NCBI GenBank assembly: GCA_963704645.1
Contig: OY969926.1
Location: 128,001-192,000 of the forward strand
Source of the DNA: an uncultured bacterium
Lineage (GTDB): Bacteria; Patescibacteriota; JACMRA01
Reading direction: 5' to 3'
DNA length: 64,000 nucleotides
The notes beneath the pieces were generated by a model. That model was not told where the DNA came from. It made no database searches and saw only the letters and a program-made list of their open reading frames with translations. This document shows, in pieces, positions 10,235 to 19,450 of the stretch (positions are counted from its first letter, which is position 1; each line of letters opens with the position of its first letter). A program made the translations under genes and the position numbers.

Positions 10235-10675
10235 TTATGAGCATTTTTGGCATAACCCTCTTAAAATTATTAAACTTTCTTCAACTACAAAATCGGGTAT
10301 GTTTTTATAGGTTTCAGAAATATCTTGCCAGCTCCAAGTTGGTGTAACTGCTTTGACTTGAAAACATTTTTTACAAACCAAATGCTGCTGCTTTCCGTCT
10401 CCGTAAATTTTGTAAAATTTATGCTCACCGTCTAAATCTATACTGGTAATAAGTTTGTTTTTTTCTAAAGTTTCTAATTCACGGTAAATAGTAGTTTTGT
10501 TTGGCCAAAATTCGTAACCTTGCAATTGATGCAATATCTCTTTTACTGTTATTGGTTTTCCCTTCATCAAAATTTTTAAAACGGCCTGTCTTAGTTTTGA
10601 ATCTCGGCACCCAACTTTGCGTAATTGAATTTCAATTTGTTCTACTTTCTCTAAAATTTGTTCTGTTTTAGACAT
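10235..10675 (-). CDS. zur: Fur-family regulator, probably Zur
   Basis: TTIYRELETL, HLVCKKC and CQKC zinc sites; directly upstream of znuACB; ATG at 10675. Confidence 0.8.
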   Translation of the reverse strand: MSKTEQILEKVEQIEIQLRKVGCRDSKLRQAVLKILMKGKPITVKEILHQLQGYEFWPNKTTIYRELETLEKNKLITSIDLDGEHKFYKIYGDGKQQHLVCKKCFQVKAVTPTWSWQDISETYKNIPDFVVEESLIILRGLCQKCS

Positions 10676-10686
10676 CAAAATTATAT

Positions 10687-10701
10687 TGCAACCTGGTTGC
10701 A
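10687..10701. promoter_or_regulatory. 7-1-7 palindrome, candidate Zur/Fur box in the zur promoter
   Basis: TGCAACC-T-GGTTGCA between minus-strand TTGACA (10705-10710) and TATAAT (10680-10685). Confidence 0.55.
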
Positions 10702-10885
10702 GTTTGTCAAGTAAAATCACACTGTGTCAGCACTTACTTAACATATTAAATGTCTGGTAAAACCTCTAATATTTCGTATTTTTACGTGAAAATTGAGACG
10801 TAAACTTTAAACATGATGAATTACTATATGAAAGGATAGTTAATATATTTTGACATTTCAAACCAAGTAACATTGCCTAGGAAAT

Positions 10886-11524
10886 GTGAACACAAAATTA
10901 TATACAGAAAGTTTTAACAGACTAATTAAATTTAGCTGGATAATAATTGGGTTAACTGTAATTACCGCAATAGCATCTTTTACTATTTTATCTGATCAAA
11001 GTTTTCAGGCTAATATTACCTTAGGTTTAAATTTTAACAACCCAAAATTTTTAGAAAGTAAACAGGATTCTGTTTTTGTAGAGCAACCAAACTTTTTAGA
11101 TAGCCAAGGTAAACTTTCAAGATTTTTAGAAAATAGATTAGCTTCAATAGATAGCCAAAAAATTATTGTTCAAGAGCTAAATTTAGGTAATTTAAACTTA
11201 AGCAGTGATAAACCAATTTATAAATTAACCGACCAAGAATTGGGCTTTATTACTGTAAGTTATTCTACAAAAGATAAAAACAAAGCCGAACAATTTAACA
11301 AAGTTATGAAGGAACAGGTGTACACTAACATTGTTAAACAATGGAACGATTCGAGATTAGAAAACTTTCAAATTTCACCTATTCAAAACCCATCCGAAAA
11401 TATTCAAGAAATAAATACTGGTTTAGAAACTAAGTTGTTAGCTCCAATTGCCACTTTCATTCTTTCTACTTTAATAGTGTTACTATGGCCTTTAGCTTAC
11501 TTAACTTCACACCAGTCTGAATAA
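10886..11524 (+). CDS. two-TM membrane protein with Wzz/CapA-like topology
   Basis: N- and C-terminal TM helices flanking a soluble loop. Confidence 0.55.
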   Translation: MNTKLYTESFNRLIKFSWIIIGLTVITAIASFTILSDQSFQANITLGLNFNNPKFLESKQDSVFVEQPNFLDSQGKLSRFLENRLASIDSQKIIVQELNLGNLNLSSDKPIYKLTDQELGFITVSYSTKDKNKAEQFNKVMKEQVYTNIVKQWNDSRLENFQISPIQNPSENIQEINTGLETKLLAPIATFILSTLIVLLWPLAYLTSHQSE

Positions 11525-11553
11525 ATTAATATAACAATAAAATTTTAAATAAT

Positions 11554-12105
11554 ATGGACATCGCTTTAATTTTAATTAGCTTAAACGTAATTGCTTACGT
11601 GATACCTTACCTTTTTGACTTTGCTAAATTCCCGTACTCTAGCCATGACATGTTTTTACAATTAGGCTGGAAAGACAATGCAGCAATTAAAGACGGTGAA
11701 TGGTATAGACTAGTTAGTTCTAACTTTTTGCACGCCGATTTTTGGCATTTGCTATTTAACATGTACGCTATTTTTAATATAGCCCCAATTGTAAGTACAA
11801 TCTTTAGACCGTGGGGAATGCTAGTAATTTACTTAGCCAGCGGACTTTTTGGCTCTTTGTTTTCTTTCTGGTTTAATTCTAACCCAAGTGTAGGAGCAAG
11901 CGGAGCAATTTTCGGTTTAGTTGGAGCTTTGGTAGCTTACGCAATAATAAATAACGATTACAGTTTGCTTTCCCAATTGCTGCTTATTATATTTATTAAC
12001 GTGGCTTACGGCTTCTTAAATACACAAATTGATAACTTCGGTCATTTGGGTGGTTTTGTAGCAGGAATAACTATAGGTTTTGGCTTGCTAATGTACGTTT
12101 TATAG
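11554..12105 (+). CDS. rhomboid family intramembrane serine protease
   Basis: WYRL, FLHADFWHLLFNM, GASGA, HLGG. Confidence 0.92.
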   Translation: MDIALILISLNVIAYVIPYLFDFAKFPYSSHDMFLQLGWKDNAAIKDGEWYRLVSSNFLHADFWHLLFNMYAIFNIAPIVSTIFRPWGMLVIYLASGLFGSLFSFWFNSNPSVGASGAIFGLVGALVAYAIINNDYSLLSQLLLIIFINVAYGFLNTQIDNFGHLGGFVAGITIGFGLLMYVL

Positions 12106-12121
12106 TGTATGAACTAGTAGT

Positions 12122-13375
12122 ATGCACACTTCAGATACAAAAAAAATAAGCATAAATAGCTTAAAGAGTAATGGCGTAAATCTTATTCTTAACAGTAAAC
12201 AAAAACTAGAACAAGAAAGTAAATTTTATGGTGAATTATCTTATTTAGAGAACTTCCAAGAAATTTCCAGATTTGAAAAATATAAAGCATTTCCAAGTTC
12301 TTGGTACGCAATTTTAACTGATGTAAAAGGCTCTACAAAAGCAGTAGAAGAAGGTAGATACAAAGAAGTAAACTTCGTAGGTGCAGCTGTAATTATTGCC
12401 CTGCAAAACCTTGCCACAGAATACCAATTACCTTTTGTTTTTGGTGGAGATGGAGCGACATTGTTTATTCCAGCTGAACTTTACGAAACCACAAGAAAAG
12501 CTTTGGCCAGCACACAACAAATGGCCTATCAAAACTATAATTTGGAGCTGCGTTGTATGTTGTACCCTGTAGCAGAATTATACAAACAAAACATTGAAAT
12601 TAAAGTTGCTAAGCTAAGAATTTCCAATTTGTACGATCAAGCTATGTTGGTGGGCAGCGGTGTAGATTACTTGGAAAATATTTTAAAGCAAGAAAAGACA
12701 ATTTACCATATTCAACCTAATTTATTTAGTAGTCCAAATTTTGAAGGTCTTACTTGTAGGTGGGAAGATATACAAAATAAAAACGGGGAAGTTGTAACAC
12801 TAATTGTTAAGGCCAAATCAAATTTGGTGGCAGACATAAACAGTAACAAAGAAATGATTACTTATGAGAATGTATTAAAAGAAATTGGTAACATTTACGG
12901 AGAGTCTGAAGATTTCAACCCTATTTCAAGAAACAATATTAAATTAAGTTTAAATCTTAAACAACTTAGTTTAGAGGCCAAGCTGAAATCTTTTGGGCAA
13001 AGTAGCTTAAAGAAATTATCTACTCTATGTAATTTTTGGATAGTTAATTTATATGGTATAATTACAGGTAAAAAGAACGCTTTAGTAGAATCAAGGAAAG
13101 ACCATATTATGTTAGCAACCGACTTTAAAAAGTTTGATGGAACGCTAAAAATGGTTATTTCAGGAAGTTCCCAACAAAGAGAAAAGTTATTAGCCGCTTT
13201 AGATAAAATGAGTGCTGACGGAGAAATTCTATACGGATATTTTATTTCAGAAGCAGCAACCATGACTTGCCTAGTATACGCAGAAGGGAACAGCGAAGTA
13301 CATTTCGTAGACGGAGCCGGAGGAGGCTACACCCTAGCCGCTAAAATGCTGAAGGAGAAGATAAAAGCTAAGTAG
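12122..13375 (+). CDS. DUF3095-like protein (nucleotidyl-cyclase-like folds)
   Basis: TDVKGSTKAV..GRYKEVN, PFVFGGDGA, GLTCRW, DFKKFDG, HFVDGAGGGYT. Confidence 0.8.
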   Translation: MHTSDTKKISINSLKSNGVNLILNSKQKLEQESKFYGELSYLENFQEISRFEKYKAFPSSWYAILTDVKGSTKAVEEGRYKEVNFVGAAVIIALQNLATEYQLPFVFGGDGATLFIPAELYETTRKALASTQQMAYQNYNLELRCMLYPVAELYKQNIEIKVAKLRISNLYDQAMLVGSGVDYLENILKQEKTIYHIQPNLFSSPNFEGLTCRWEDIQNKNGEVVTLIVKAKSNLVADINSNKEMITYENVLKEIGNIYGESEDFNPISRNNIKLSLNLKQLSLEAKLKSFGQSSLKKLSTLCNFWIVNLYGIITGKKNALVESRKDHIMLATDFKKFDGTLKMVISGSSQQREKLLAALDKMSADGEILYGYFISEAATMTCLVYAEGNSEVHFVDGAGGGYTLAAKMLKEKIKAK

Positions 13376-13489
13376 ATTCACTTTTCATAAGTTAATAAAT
13401 TATCGACTCAAAAATTCCTCAATCAATAGCTTTTTGCTTTGTTAATAAATAATTTTATAATCACTAAATCTGCTTACTATATTATTAAA

Positions 13490-13516
13490 TTAGCAACCTA
13501 AGACTTAGATTGACAA
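13490..13516 (+). promoter_or_regulatory. degenerate CIRCE-like inverted repeat overlapping the hsp20 -35 box
   Basis: TTAGCAACC-N9-GATTGACAA versus consensus TTAGCACTC-N9-GAGTGCTAA; exact 9-nt spacer; upstream of a heat-shock gene. Confidence 0.5.
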
Positions 13517-13608
13517 AATAAAAAAAATGTTGAAAGTAAAAACTATCAAGGTTTCTTAAATTATTATAGGTAACTTTGATTTACAAATTAATTTTATAAC
13601 TACTTATT

Positions 13609-14022
13609 ATGTCCAATATTATTTCTTTAATGGATCAACTAATTGATGATAATTTTCAGCCTTTAAACTTTCGAGTAAGTCCTAAATTTATTTCTAACCC
13701 AGCTGTAAACGTTACCGAACATAAAGACAAATATGAAGTTTCTGTAGCAATTCCTGGTATAGATTCCGACAAAGTTAAAATTGAAATTAGAGAAAATATA
13801 CTTAATTTTAGCTACCAACATGAAGAGGCTAAAGAAGATAAGGAATCTGAAGTTTTAAGACAAGAATATTCACACTTTACTTTTTCCCGAAGTATTGCCA
13901 TGCCAAAAGACATAGATACAAATTCTGTTAAAGCTTCATCTAAAAAAGGTATACTTTATATTACTATAAATAAGATACCACAGTCTCAACCAAAAGTAAT
14001 TAAAATAGAAAAGCACGATTAG
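13609..14022 (+). CDS. Hsp20/alpha-crystallin small heat-shock protein
   Basis: PAVNVTE, AIPG, FSRSIAMP, GILYITI..PKVIKI. Confidence 0.92.
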   Translation: MSNIISLMDQLIDDNFQPLNFRVSPKFISNPAVNVTEHKDKYEVSVAIPGIDSDKVKIEIRENILNFSYQHEEAKEDKESEVLRQEYSHFTFSRSIAMPKDIDTNSVKASSKKGILYITINKIPQSQPKVIKIEKHD

Positions 14023-14042
14023 AATATAAACACTAAGTTTTT

Positions 14043-14062
14043 AGCCCTTCGGGGCTTTTTTT
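14043..14062 (+). terminator. intrinsic terminator after hsp20
   Basis: AGCCCTTCGGGGCT hairpin followed by T-run. Confidence 0.75.
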
Positions 14063-14582
14063 ATAATGCCAAAGTTCTAATTTTACCTTCTCCAAGTGGA
14101 GCATAAAAACTTACAGGCTTACCTTCGTCATCTGTGGAATGCCATTCAAACCACAATTTACTTTTATCATGGTTTTTAGATATTTCCTTTATAAAATCTT
14201 CAAGACTAATTTCGTTTGTATTTAAAGTTTTCTGCATTAGTTTAACAATTTTATAAACCAAATTGTATTTTGGACTATTGTGTTCGTTGCTATAATGCCT
14301 TTCAGGGCTATCCCACCTTCCAAAAAACTTTCTATCAGTATAGCCACCCCGAATTAAAAAACTTGCATCTAATATTGTTATTTTTTTTAAATCTGAAATG
14401 CAATCTTTAACTACCTCTTCCATTTTTTCCATTAATAAATCATTAAAATTTTCAATATACCATTTTCTTTCCTTTATTAATCGATCAATATCATTTTGAT
14501 CTAAAAATAATATGCCTGTTAAATAATCTTCCACTCCTGTGTTAAAATAAGCAGAACTAGGCATTATAAAAAGTGAGTACAT
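14061..14582 (-). CDS. hypothetical protein, FYAP-family member B1 (cassette copy 1)
   Basis: C-terminal NHDKSKLWFEWHSTDDEGKPVSFYAPLG shared with three other ORFs. Confidence 0.8.
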   Translation of the reverse strand: MYSLFIMPSSAYFNTGVEDYLTGILFLDQNDIDRLIKERKWYIENFNDLLMEKMEEVVKDCISDLKKITILDASFLIRGGYTDRKFFGRWDSPERHYSNEHNSPKYNLVYKIVKLMQKTLNTNEISLEDFIKEISKNHDKSKLWFEWHSTDDEGKPVSFYAPLGEGKIRTLAL

Positions 14583-14598
14583 AAATTTATAAGTTTAA

Positions 14599-15141
14599 TT
14601 AATTATATCTTTCCAATTGTTCTAAACCCTGCAAGCCACTTTCACCATACGGAGCATAAAATCCAACAAGCTCGCCGTTCTCATCATTAGTTTCAAAATT
14701 AATCCACAACTCTTTTTTCTCGTGATTTAATAAAATTCTATCTATATAGTCTTTCATTGAAATATTGTTGGTCAATAAGTTTGTTTGTATAGCTTTTAAA
14801 ATGTTTTTAGTAACAGCATTTACAGCCTGCAAAACCATATTCTGAACTTTATCAAATTCACCACTAGTAACAACGTCTTTTAGAAAATCTTCATCGAACT
14901 GTATTTTTCTTAAAATAAAACTAGAATCCATAGCTACAATAACTTTAACCTGATCAGAAAAACCAGTTTCTATAGGGCTAATTTTTTTTAACAACAAATC
15001 CTTCAATTCTAAATTATTTTCCCACCTACCTTGTTGTTTTAGCTCTTCAATTTCTTTGTCCCAAAATAGCAGTCCAACCATAAAGCTTTGGCTGTTACCA
15101 CTTATTATATGGAAACTGGTTGATTTAAAAAATGCGTGCAT
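14599..15141 (-). CDS. hypothetical protein, FYAP-family member A1 (cassette copy 1)
   Basis: About half identical (hand count, ungapped 180 aa) to 37126..37668; ATG at 15141. Confidence 0.8.
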   Translation of the reverse strand: MHAFFKSTSFHIISGNSQSFMVGLLFWDKEIEELKQQGRWENNLELKDLLLKKISPIETGFSDQVKVIVAMDSSFILRKIQFDEDFLKDVVTSGEFDKVQNMVLQAVNAVTKNILKAIQTNLLTNNISMKDYIDRILLNHEKKELWINFETNDENGELVGFYAPYGESGLQGLEQLERYN

Positions 15142-15162
15142 GCTAAGCAAATACTTAAGTCA

Positions 15163-15277
15163 TTCTTGACATTTGTCAAAATAAAATGCAAATATATATA
15201 TATCATACTATTTTATATATGTTTAGCAAGTTCTAAATTATTATAATTAGTTACAAAAACCGATTTTTTGGAGGAAA
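15163..15277. repeat. conserved divergent spacer of cassette copy 1 (repeat of 38279..38391)
   Basis: TTCTTGACATTTGTCAAAATAAAATGC...TATCATACTATTTTATAT...AAAACCGATTTTT..GGAGGAAA; contains palindrome TTGACA-TT-TGTCAA. Confidence 0.85.
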
Positions 15278-15283
15278 ACCAAA

Positions 15284-15622
15284 ATGCCTTGGGGTAAATG
15301 GACTGAAGGAGAGAATATTGATTCTAAAGTTAAGATTGACCTTAACAATGGAGACATGACTACTTTAACAAGAAGTGTTGAGCATCGTGGAAACAAAGAT
15401 GACTACCCTCACATGAGTGTCACTGTTGGTCTAAACGGTGATTTAAAAAATGCTCATTGGTCAGAGTCTGAGCATGGCCCTAGAATTGGAACAGAGGGTG
15501 AAAACCCTGAATGGAGTAAAAACCCGACTGTGGAAAAAAGTGGATTTAGCAGGGATACTCCTAGTATCTATGATTCACATAATTTTGAAAAAGGTGGAAG
15601 TGAGTATTCTGGTTGGGATTAG
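15284..15622 (+). CDS. small His-motif hypothetical protein C1 (cassette copy 1)
   Basis: GGAGGA SD 8 nt upstream; NGDMTTLTRxVEHRGNKDDYPHMS shared with 38397..38720. Confidence 0.85.
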   Translation: MPWGKWTEGENIDSKVKIDLNNGDMTTLTRSVEHRGNKDDYPHMSVTVGLNGDLKNAHWSESEHGPRIGTEGENPEWSKNPTVEKSGFSRDTPSIYDSHNFEKGGSEYSGWD

Positions 15623-15681
15623 TTAATTTCCACACATTTTTTGATTTAAAATTAAATAGTTATTCAAAATAACAAATATTT

Positions 15682-15704
15682 GCTCATTAATTTGAGCTTT
15701 TTTT
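15682..15704 (+). terminator. intrinsic terminator after C1
   Basis: GCTCA-N6-TGAGC followed by T7. Confidence 0.6.
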
Positions 15705-15781
15705 ATTTTTGAAAATATTTTATGGATGGTTGACATTACTTCAACTAAGACCAACCTTTAAATAGTATAACACATAAAAAT

Positions 15782-16237
15782 ATGTCTGATATCGACAACC
15801 AAAATATTCATCTAGTTTCTTTAAAGAACGACAGAGACTTAGACAGCAAATTAACCCAATGGCCAGCTAGTATAAATTCTGAAGAAGAGTTTTTTGGATT
15901 ATGTTTAAGCCTAGCTTTTAAATTGGAAGACGAAGGTTTGGAAGGTTTAAACAAAACATTAGGAAGTTTAGGCCAATTAAACATGTCAGACTTCTTAAAC
16001 ATAATTTTACTTTTAAGAGAAAATAATGGCTCTAGCTTTAAAAAATCTGCTCAAAGTTTATACCAAACCAATTTAGAAGATTTAGACAAAAGTATTAATA
16101 ACTTTCTAAAATGTTTTGATGTTGTTTTGCATAGTTCTGTAAATGCTCCTAAAACTTATGCTTTAAGCCAAACTGCAATATCTAACTTGTTGCTAGATTT
16201 GTTTGATATTAAACTAGAAAATTCACCAAAAAATTAA
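15782..16237 (+). CDS. hypothetical protein
   Basis: 151-aa ORF with TTGACA upstream (15730), 8 nt before ychF. Confidence 0.65.
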   Translation: MSDIDNQNIHLVSLKNDRDLDSKLTQWPASINSEEEFFGLCLSLAFKLEDEGLEGLNKTLGSLGQLNMSDFLNIILLLRENNGSSFKKSAQSLYQTNLEDLDKSINNFLKCFDVVLHSSVNAPKTYALSQTAISNLLLDLFDIKLENSPKN

Positions 16238-16245
16238 TTTATTAT

Positions 16246-17298
16246 ATGCTATCCGTCGGACTTGTTGGTTTACCTAATGCTGGAAAATCTACCCTATTTA
16301 ATTTACTTACTAAACGTAATGTTTCTGCTGAAAACTACCCTTTCTGCACCATAGAACCAAATACAGGTGTGGTAGAAGTACCAGATTCCAGAGTTTCGGA
16401 GTTGGGTAAATTAGTAAACGCTAAAAAAGAAGTTTACTCTTTAATTGAATTTAAAGACATTGCTGGACTTGTTAAAAATGCAAGTCAAGGGGCTGGTTTG
16501 GGTAATCAATTTCTAAGCCATATTGCTGAAACCGATTTAATTTTACTGGTTGTAAGAACTTTTCAAAATGATGATGTTATTCATGTAGAAAATCGCATTA
16601 ACCCTGCAGAAGATGAAGAAATATTATTGCTAGAATTAATTCTAAGAGATCAAGCTTCTTTAGAAAAACAAATTACCAGACTAGAAAAAGATTCTAAAAC
16701 TAATCAACTTTTAGCTTCAGAAAAACTTGCTTTAGCTAATCAAATTTTATTGGCTTTAAAAAATAATCAATTAGCCAGCACCGTTCCAACACCCAAAATT
16801 GGAGAAGAAGAGCTTGAAAAATTTAGAAAAACCCTAAACCTTGTAACCCAAAAACAAATTTTACGCTTAGCTAACATTAATTTGGATGGCAAAAACGAAG
16901 CTTACAATAGCGATTTTGATTTAGATATTTTATTAGAATCAAGTATGCAGGATATGTCTTCAGAAGACAGAGAGGAACTTGGTTTGAACAAAAGTACTGG
17001 CTTAGATCAATTAATTAGAGCCTGCTACAAAAAGCTAAACCTAAGTACTTTTCTAACAGTGGGCGAGGTGGAATCGAGAGCCTGGACTTTTAAATCCGAT
17101 TCTACAGCTCCTGTTTGTGCTGGTGTAATTCACACAGATTTTGAAAAGAAGTTTATTAAGGCCGAAGTAGTTACTTATCCAGATTTTGTTAAGGTTGGAG
17201 GATGGAAACAAGCCTACGAAAATGGATTGGTAAAAACTTTAGGTAAAGACTACATTATGCAAGACGGCGACGTAGTTGAATTTAAAATTGGAGGTTAA
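16246..17298 (+). CDS. ychF: redox-regulated ATPase YchF
   Basis: GLVGLPNAGKSTLFN, NYPFCTIEPN, DIAGLVK, TGS-like C-terminus IHTDFEK..GKDYIMQDGDV. Confidence 0.95.
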   Translation: MLSVGLVGLPNAGKSTLFNLLTKRNVSAENYPFCTIEPNTGVVEVPDSRVSELGKLVNAKKEVYSLIEFKDIAGLVKNASQGAGLGNQFLSHIAETDLILLVVRTFQNDDVIHVENRINPAEDEEILLLELILRDQASLEKQITRLEKDSKTNQLLASEKLALANQILLALKNNQLASTVPTPKIGEEELEKFRKTLNLVTQKQILRLANINLDGKNEAYNSDFDLDILLESSMQDMSSEDREELGLNKSTGLDQLIRACYKKLNLSTFLTVGEVESRAWTFKSDSTAPVCAGVIHTDFEKKFIKAEVVTYPDFVKVGGWKQAYENGLVKTLGKDYIMQDGDVVEFKIGG

Positions 17299-17332
17299 TT
17301 TACAGGTATCAAATAATTGAGACTGTCACCCT

Positions 17333-18412
17333 TGTATATGTCATAAATTTCAGTGACAGAATTTAAATCTTCTTTTAGATTATTTCTGTTAAATTTTTAA
17401 CAACATATATTCTAACATAATATGCGTTTAAATGATAATACTTTAACCAAGAATTACCTTAGACATATGAAACAATTAGTTCAAGAATATGAATTAATTA
17501 AAACAAGGAAACATCCTAGATATGTATTTGTAAATGAATTCTACAAAGCAAATAATATAACTAGACAAAACTTCATCAAATATTACAATAGGTATAAATT
17601 AGTTTCTATGGATAGTAGTTTAATTCCAAAGAAAAGAGGGAGAAAGTTTGGTAGTTTAAAAAGTATTCCTTTCATACAGAATAAGATTATTGAACTTAGA
17701 AACCAAGGATTTGGTAGATATGAGATACACGATTTCCTTTTACCTAAGTATGGTAAATATACTCCTTCACCTACGACTATTTACAATATACTATTAAAGA
17801 AAGGATTGAATAGATTAGATCCAAGAGTAATTCAAACTAACAAAAGAAGAATCATTAAAGATAAAGCAGGAGAATTAGGCCATATGGATTGCCACAGACT
17901 AGCTAAAGGAATACTGGAGGGTGAAAAGAATGAATACTTTCTACTAAGCTTAACAGATGACTTTACTAGAATAGTTATGACCATACTAATACCTAATCTG
18001 CAAGCTCTAACAGTTATGCTTTATACTCAAAGATTATTAGCAGTATTCAATAGATGTTACAACATAGATTTTCAAAGTATATTAACAGACAATGGACCCG
18101 AATTTGGAAGGAAAGAAACAAAAGAAGAAAACAAACAAAACCATCCATTTGAAAGATTACTGTTAGAATACAACATTAAGCATAAGTACACTAGAGCCTA
18201 CAGGCCACAAACCAATGGTAAAGTAGAAAGATTCTGGAGAAGTTTAGAGGAAGAATTACTTAGAGAGCAAGTATACCCAGATAAAGAAAGTTTAGAAGAA
18301 GAATTATTTGAATATTGTTGCTACTTCAACCATATTAGAAGACATCAAGGTATTGGTAATATTACTCCCTATGAGAAACTTAATTCTGTCACTGAATAAG
18401 TTGACATATACA
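17333..18412 (+). mobile_element. complete IS481-family insertion sequence (1080 bp)
   Basis: TGT...ACA ends; 31-bp TIRs TGTATATGTCA-N5-TTCAGTGACAGAATT (17333-17363, 18382-18412); 5-bp target duplication ACCCT (17328-17332, 18413-18417). Confidence 0.9.
17422..18399 (+). CDS. IS481-family DDE transposase
   Basis: GHMD, LTDNGPEF, PQTNGKVERF, FNHIRRHQG; stop codon inside right TIR. Confidence 0.92.
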   Translation: MRLNDNTLTKNYLRHMKQLVQEYELIKTRKHPRYVFVNEFYKANNITRQNFIKYYNRYKLVSMDSSLIPKKRGRKFGSLKSIPFIQNKIIELRNQGFGRYEIHDFLLPKYGKYTPSPTTIYNILLKKGLNRLDPRVIQTNKRRIIKDKAGELGHMDCHRLAKGILEGEKNEYFLLSLTDDFTRIVMTILIPNLQALTVMLYTQRLLAVFNRCYNIDFQSILTDNGPEFGRKETKEENKQNHPFERLLLEYNIKHKYTRAYRPQTNGKVERFWRSLEEELLREQVYPDKESLEEELFEYCCYFNHIRRHQGIGNITPYEKLNSVTE

Positions 18413-18491
18413 ACCCTGAATTTATTTCAGAGTCTAAACTGGATAATATTAACACATCTTTATTGAAAAAGATACTCCTTTATTTCAAAGT

Positions 18492-19070
18492 CTAAAAAAT
18501 GCTATCTACCATCATTTCCTCAACTGCAGTTTGCATTTGTCCTGCTTCTGGTTTATCTAAAATAATTTCTTTTGTAGTTAATAAATCTTCGTATTTTAAA
18601 GGCTTACCAGTTTTAGACAATTCAAAAAGTTTTTCGGTTAACAAAACATCGTGCATGCAATAATCTATAAGCGGAAACCAGTTTTTATCTGCGTAATAAT
18701 GTTTAAAAGTCTCATACTTGTCAGTTTTTTGTTTTCCTAAAGTTGCCTTACATAAATCATCTAGCTTAACTTTAAAACCAATTTTCTTCTCTACTTCCAA
18801 CATTAAATCATAGGTTGGCAAACTTTTTAAATTGAAATTAGCGTATTTTTGTAACACTGGTAAATCAAACCAACAATGATTATAACCAACTACCAAATCA
18901 CATTCTTTTAATAAATCTATAAATACATTCAAATCTTTTTCTAAAAAGGCCAAATACTTATTTTCCCAACTAATATAAGCCCCCAAAACAGACACTCTAA
19001 ATTCTGAAGTATCAATTCTATTTAAATTGCTTGGAGAATAAGTTTCTAAATCAAAGGTAATGTAATTCAT
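18492..19070 (-). CDS. RNase H-like / DEDDy 3'-5' exonuclease domain protein
   Basis: FDLET, VVGYN..FDLPVL, KLDDL, YCMHDV. Confidence 0.85.
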   Translation of the reverse strand: MNYITFDLETYSPSNLNRIDTSEFRVSVLGAYISWENKYLAFLEKDLNVFIDLLKECDLVVGYNHCWFDLPVLQKYANFNLKSLPTYDLMLEVEKKIGFKVKLDDLCKATLGKQKTDKYETFKHYYADKNWFPLIDYCMHDVLLTEKLFELSKTGKPLKYEDLLTTKEIILDKPEAGQMQTAVEEMMVDSIF

Positions 19071-19191
19071 ATTGTTTTCTATTTTTATGCTGGAATGTTT
19101 TGAAGTTTATAGAGCTTGGTTTGAAGCATTGGAAGCAAAGAGTATATAGAAGAGCCAACAAATCTAAGCTCTCGATGTCATGTGAATTTGA

Positions 19192-19226
19192 GAGACTGTC
19201 ACCCTGAACTTGTTTCAGTATCTAAA
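19192..19226 (+). repeat. TGTC-tagged REP-like palindrome; intact copy of the IS target
   Basis: GAGACTGTCACCCTGAACTTGTTTCAGTATCTAAA matches the reconstructed empty IS site GAGACTGTCACCCTGAATTTATTTCAGAGTCTAAA. Confidence 0.75.
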
Positions 19227-19450
19227 TTGTAAAGTTAAGATAAATATGTTTAAGCAAATCTCAACCTTAGTTTCACACAATATACATTTAAAAGTGTAAT
19301 GTTAAAACTACTCAAGCTTTAACCTAATTACCACACCTCTATTGTAAAATTAAAAAAGAGTCTAACTCATTAGTCAACCTAATTTAATTTGGATAAATTA
19401 GTAGCTTAATTAATTGCAATTAGTTGGCATTTATAAGGCCGTGATAATTT

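Noticed and set aside
19071-19450. 380-bp intergenic region between mnmA and the exonuclease as a possible ncRNA
   Set aside because: Apart from the REP-like palindrome I found no convincing structure or ORF
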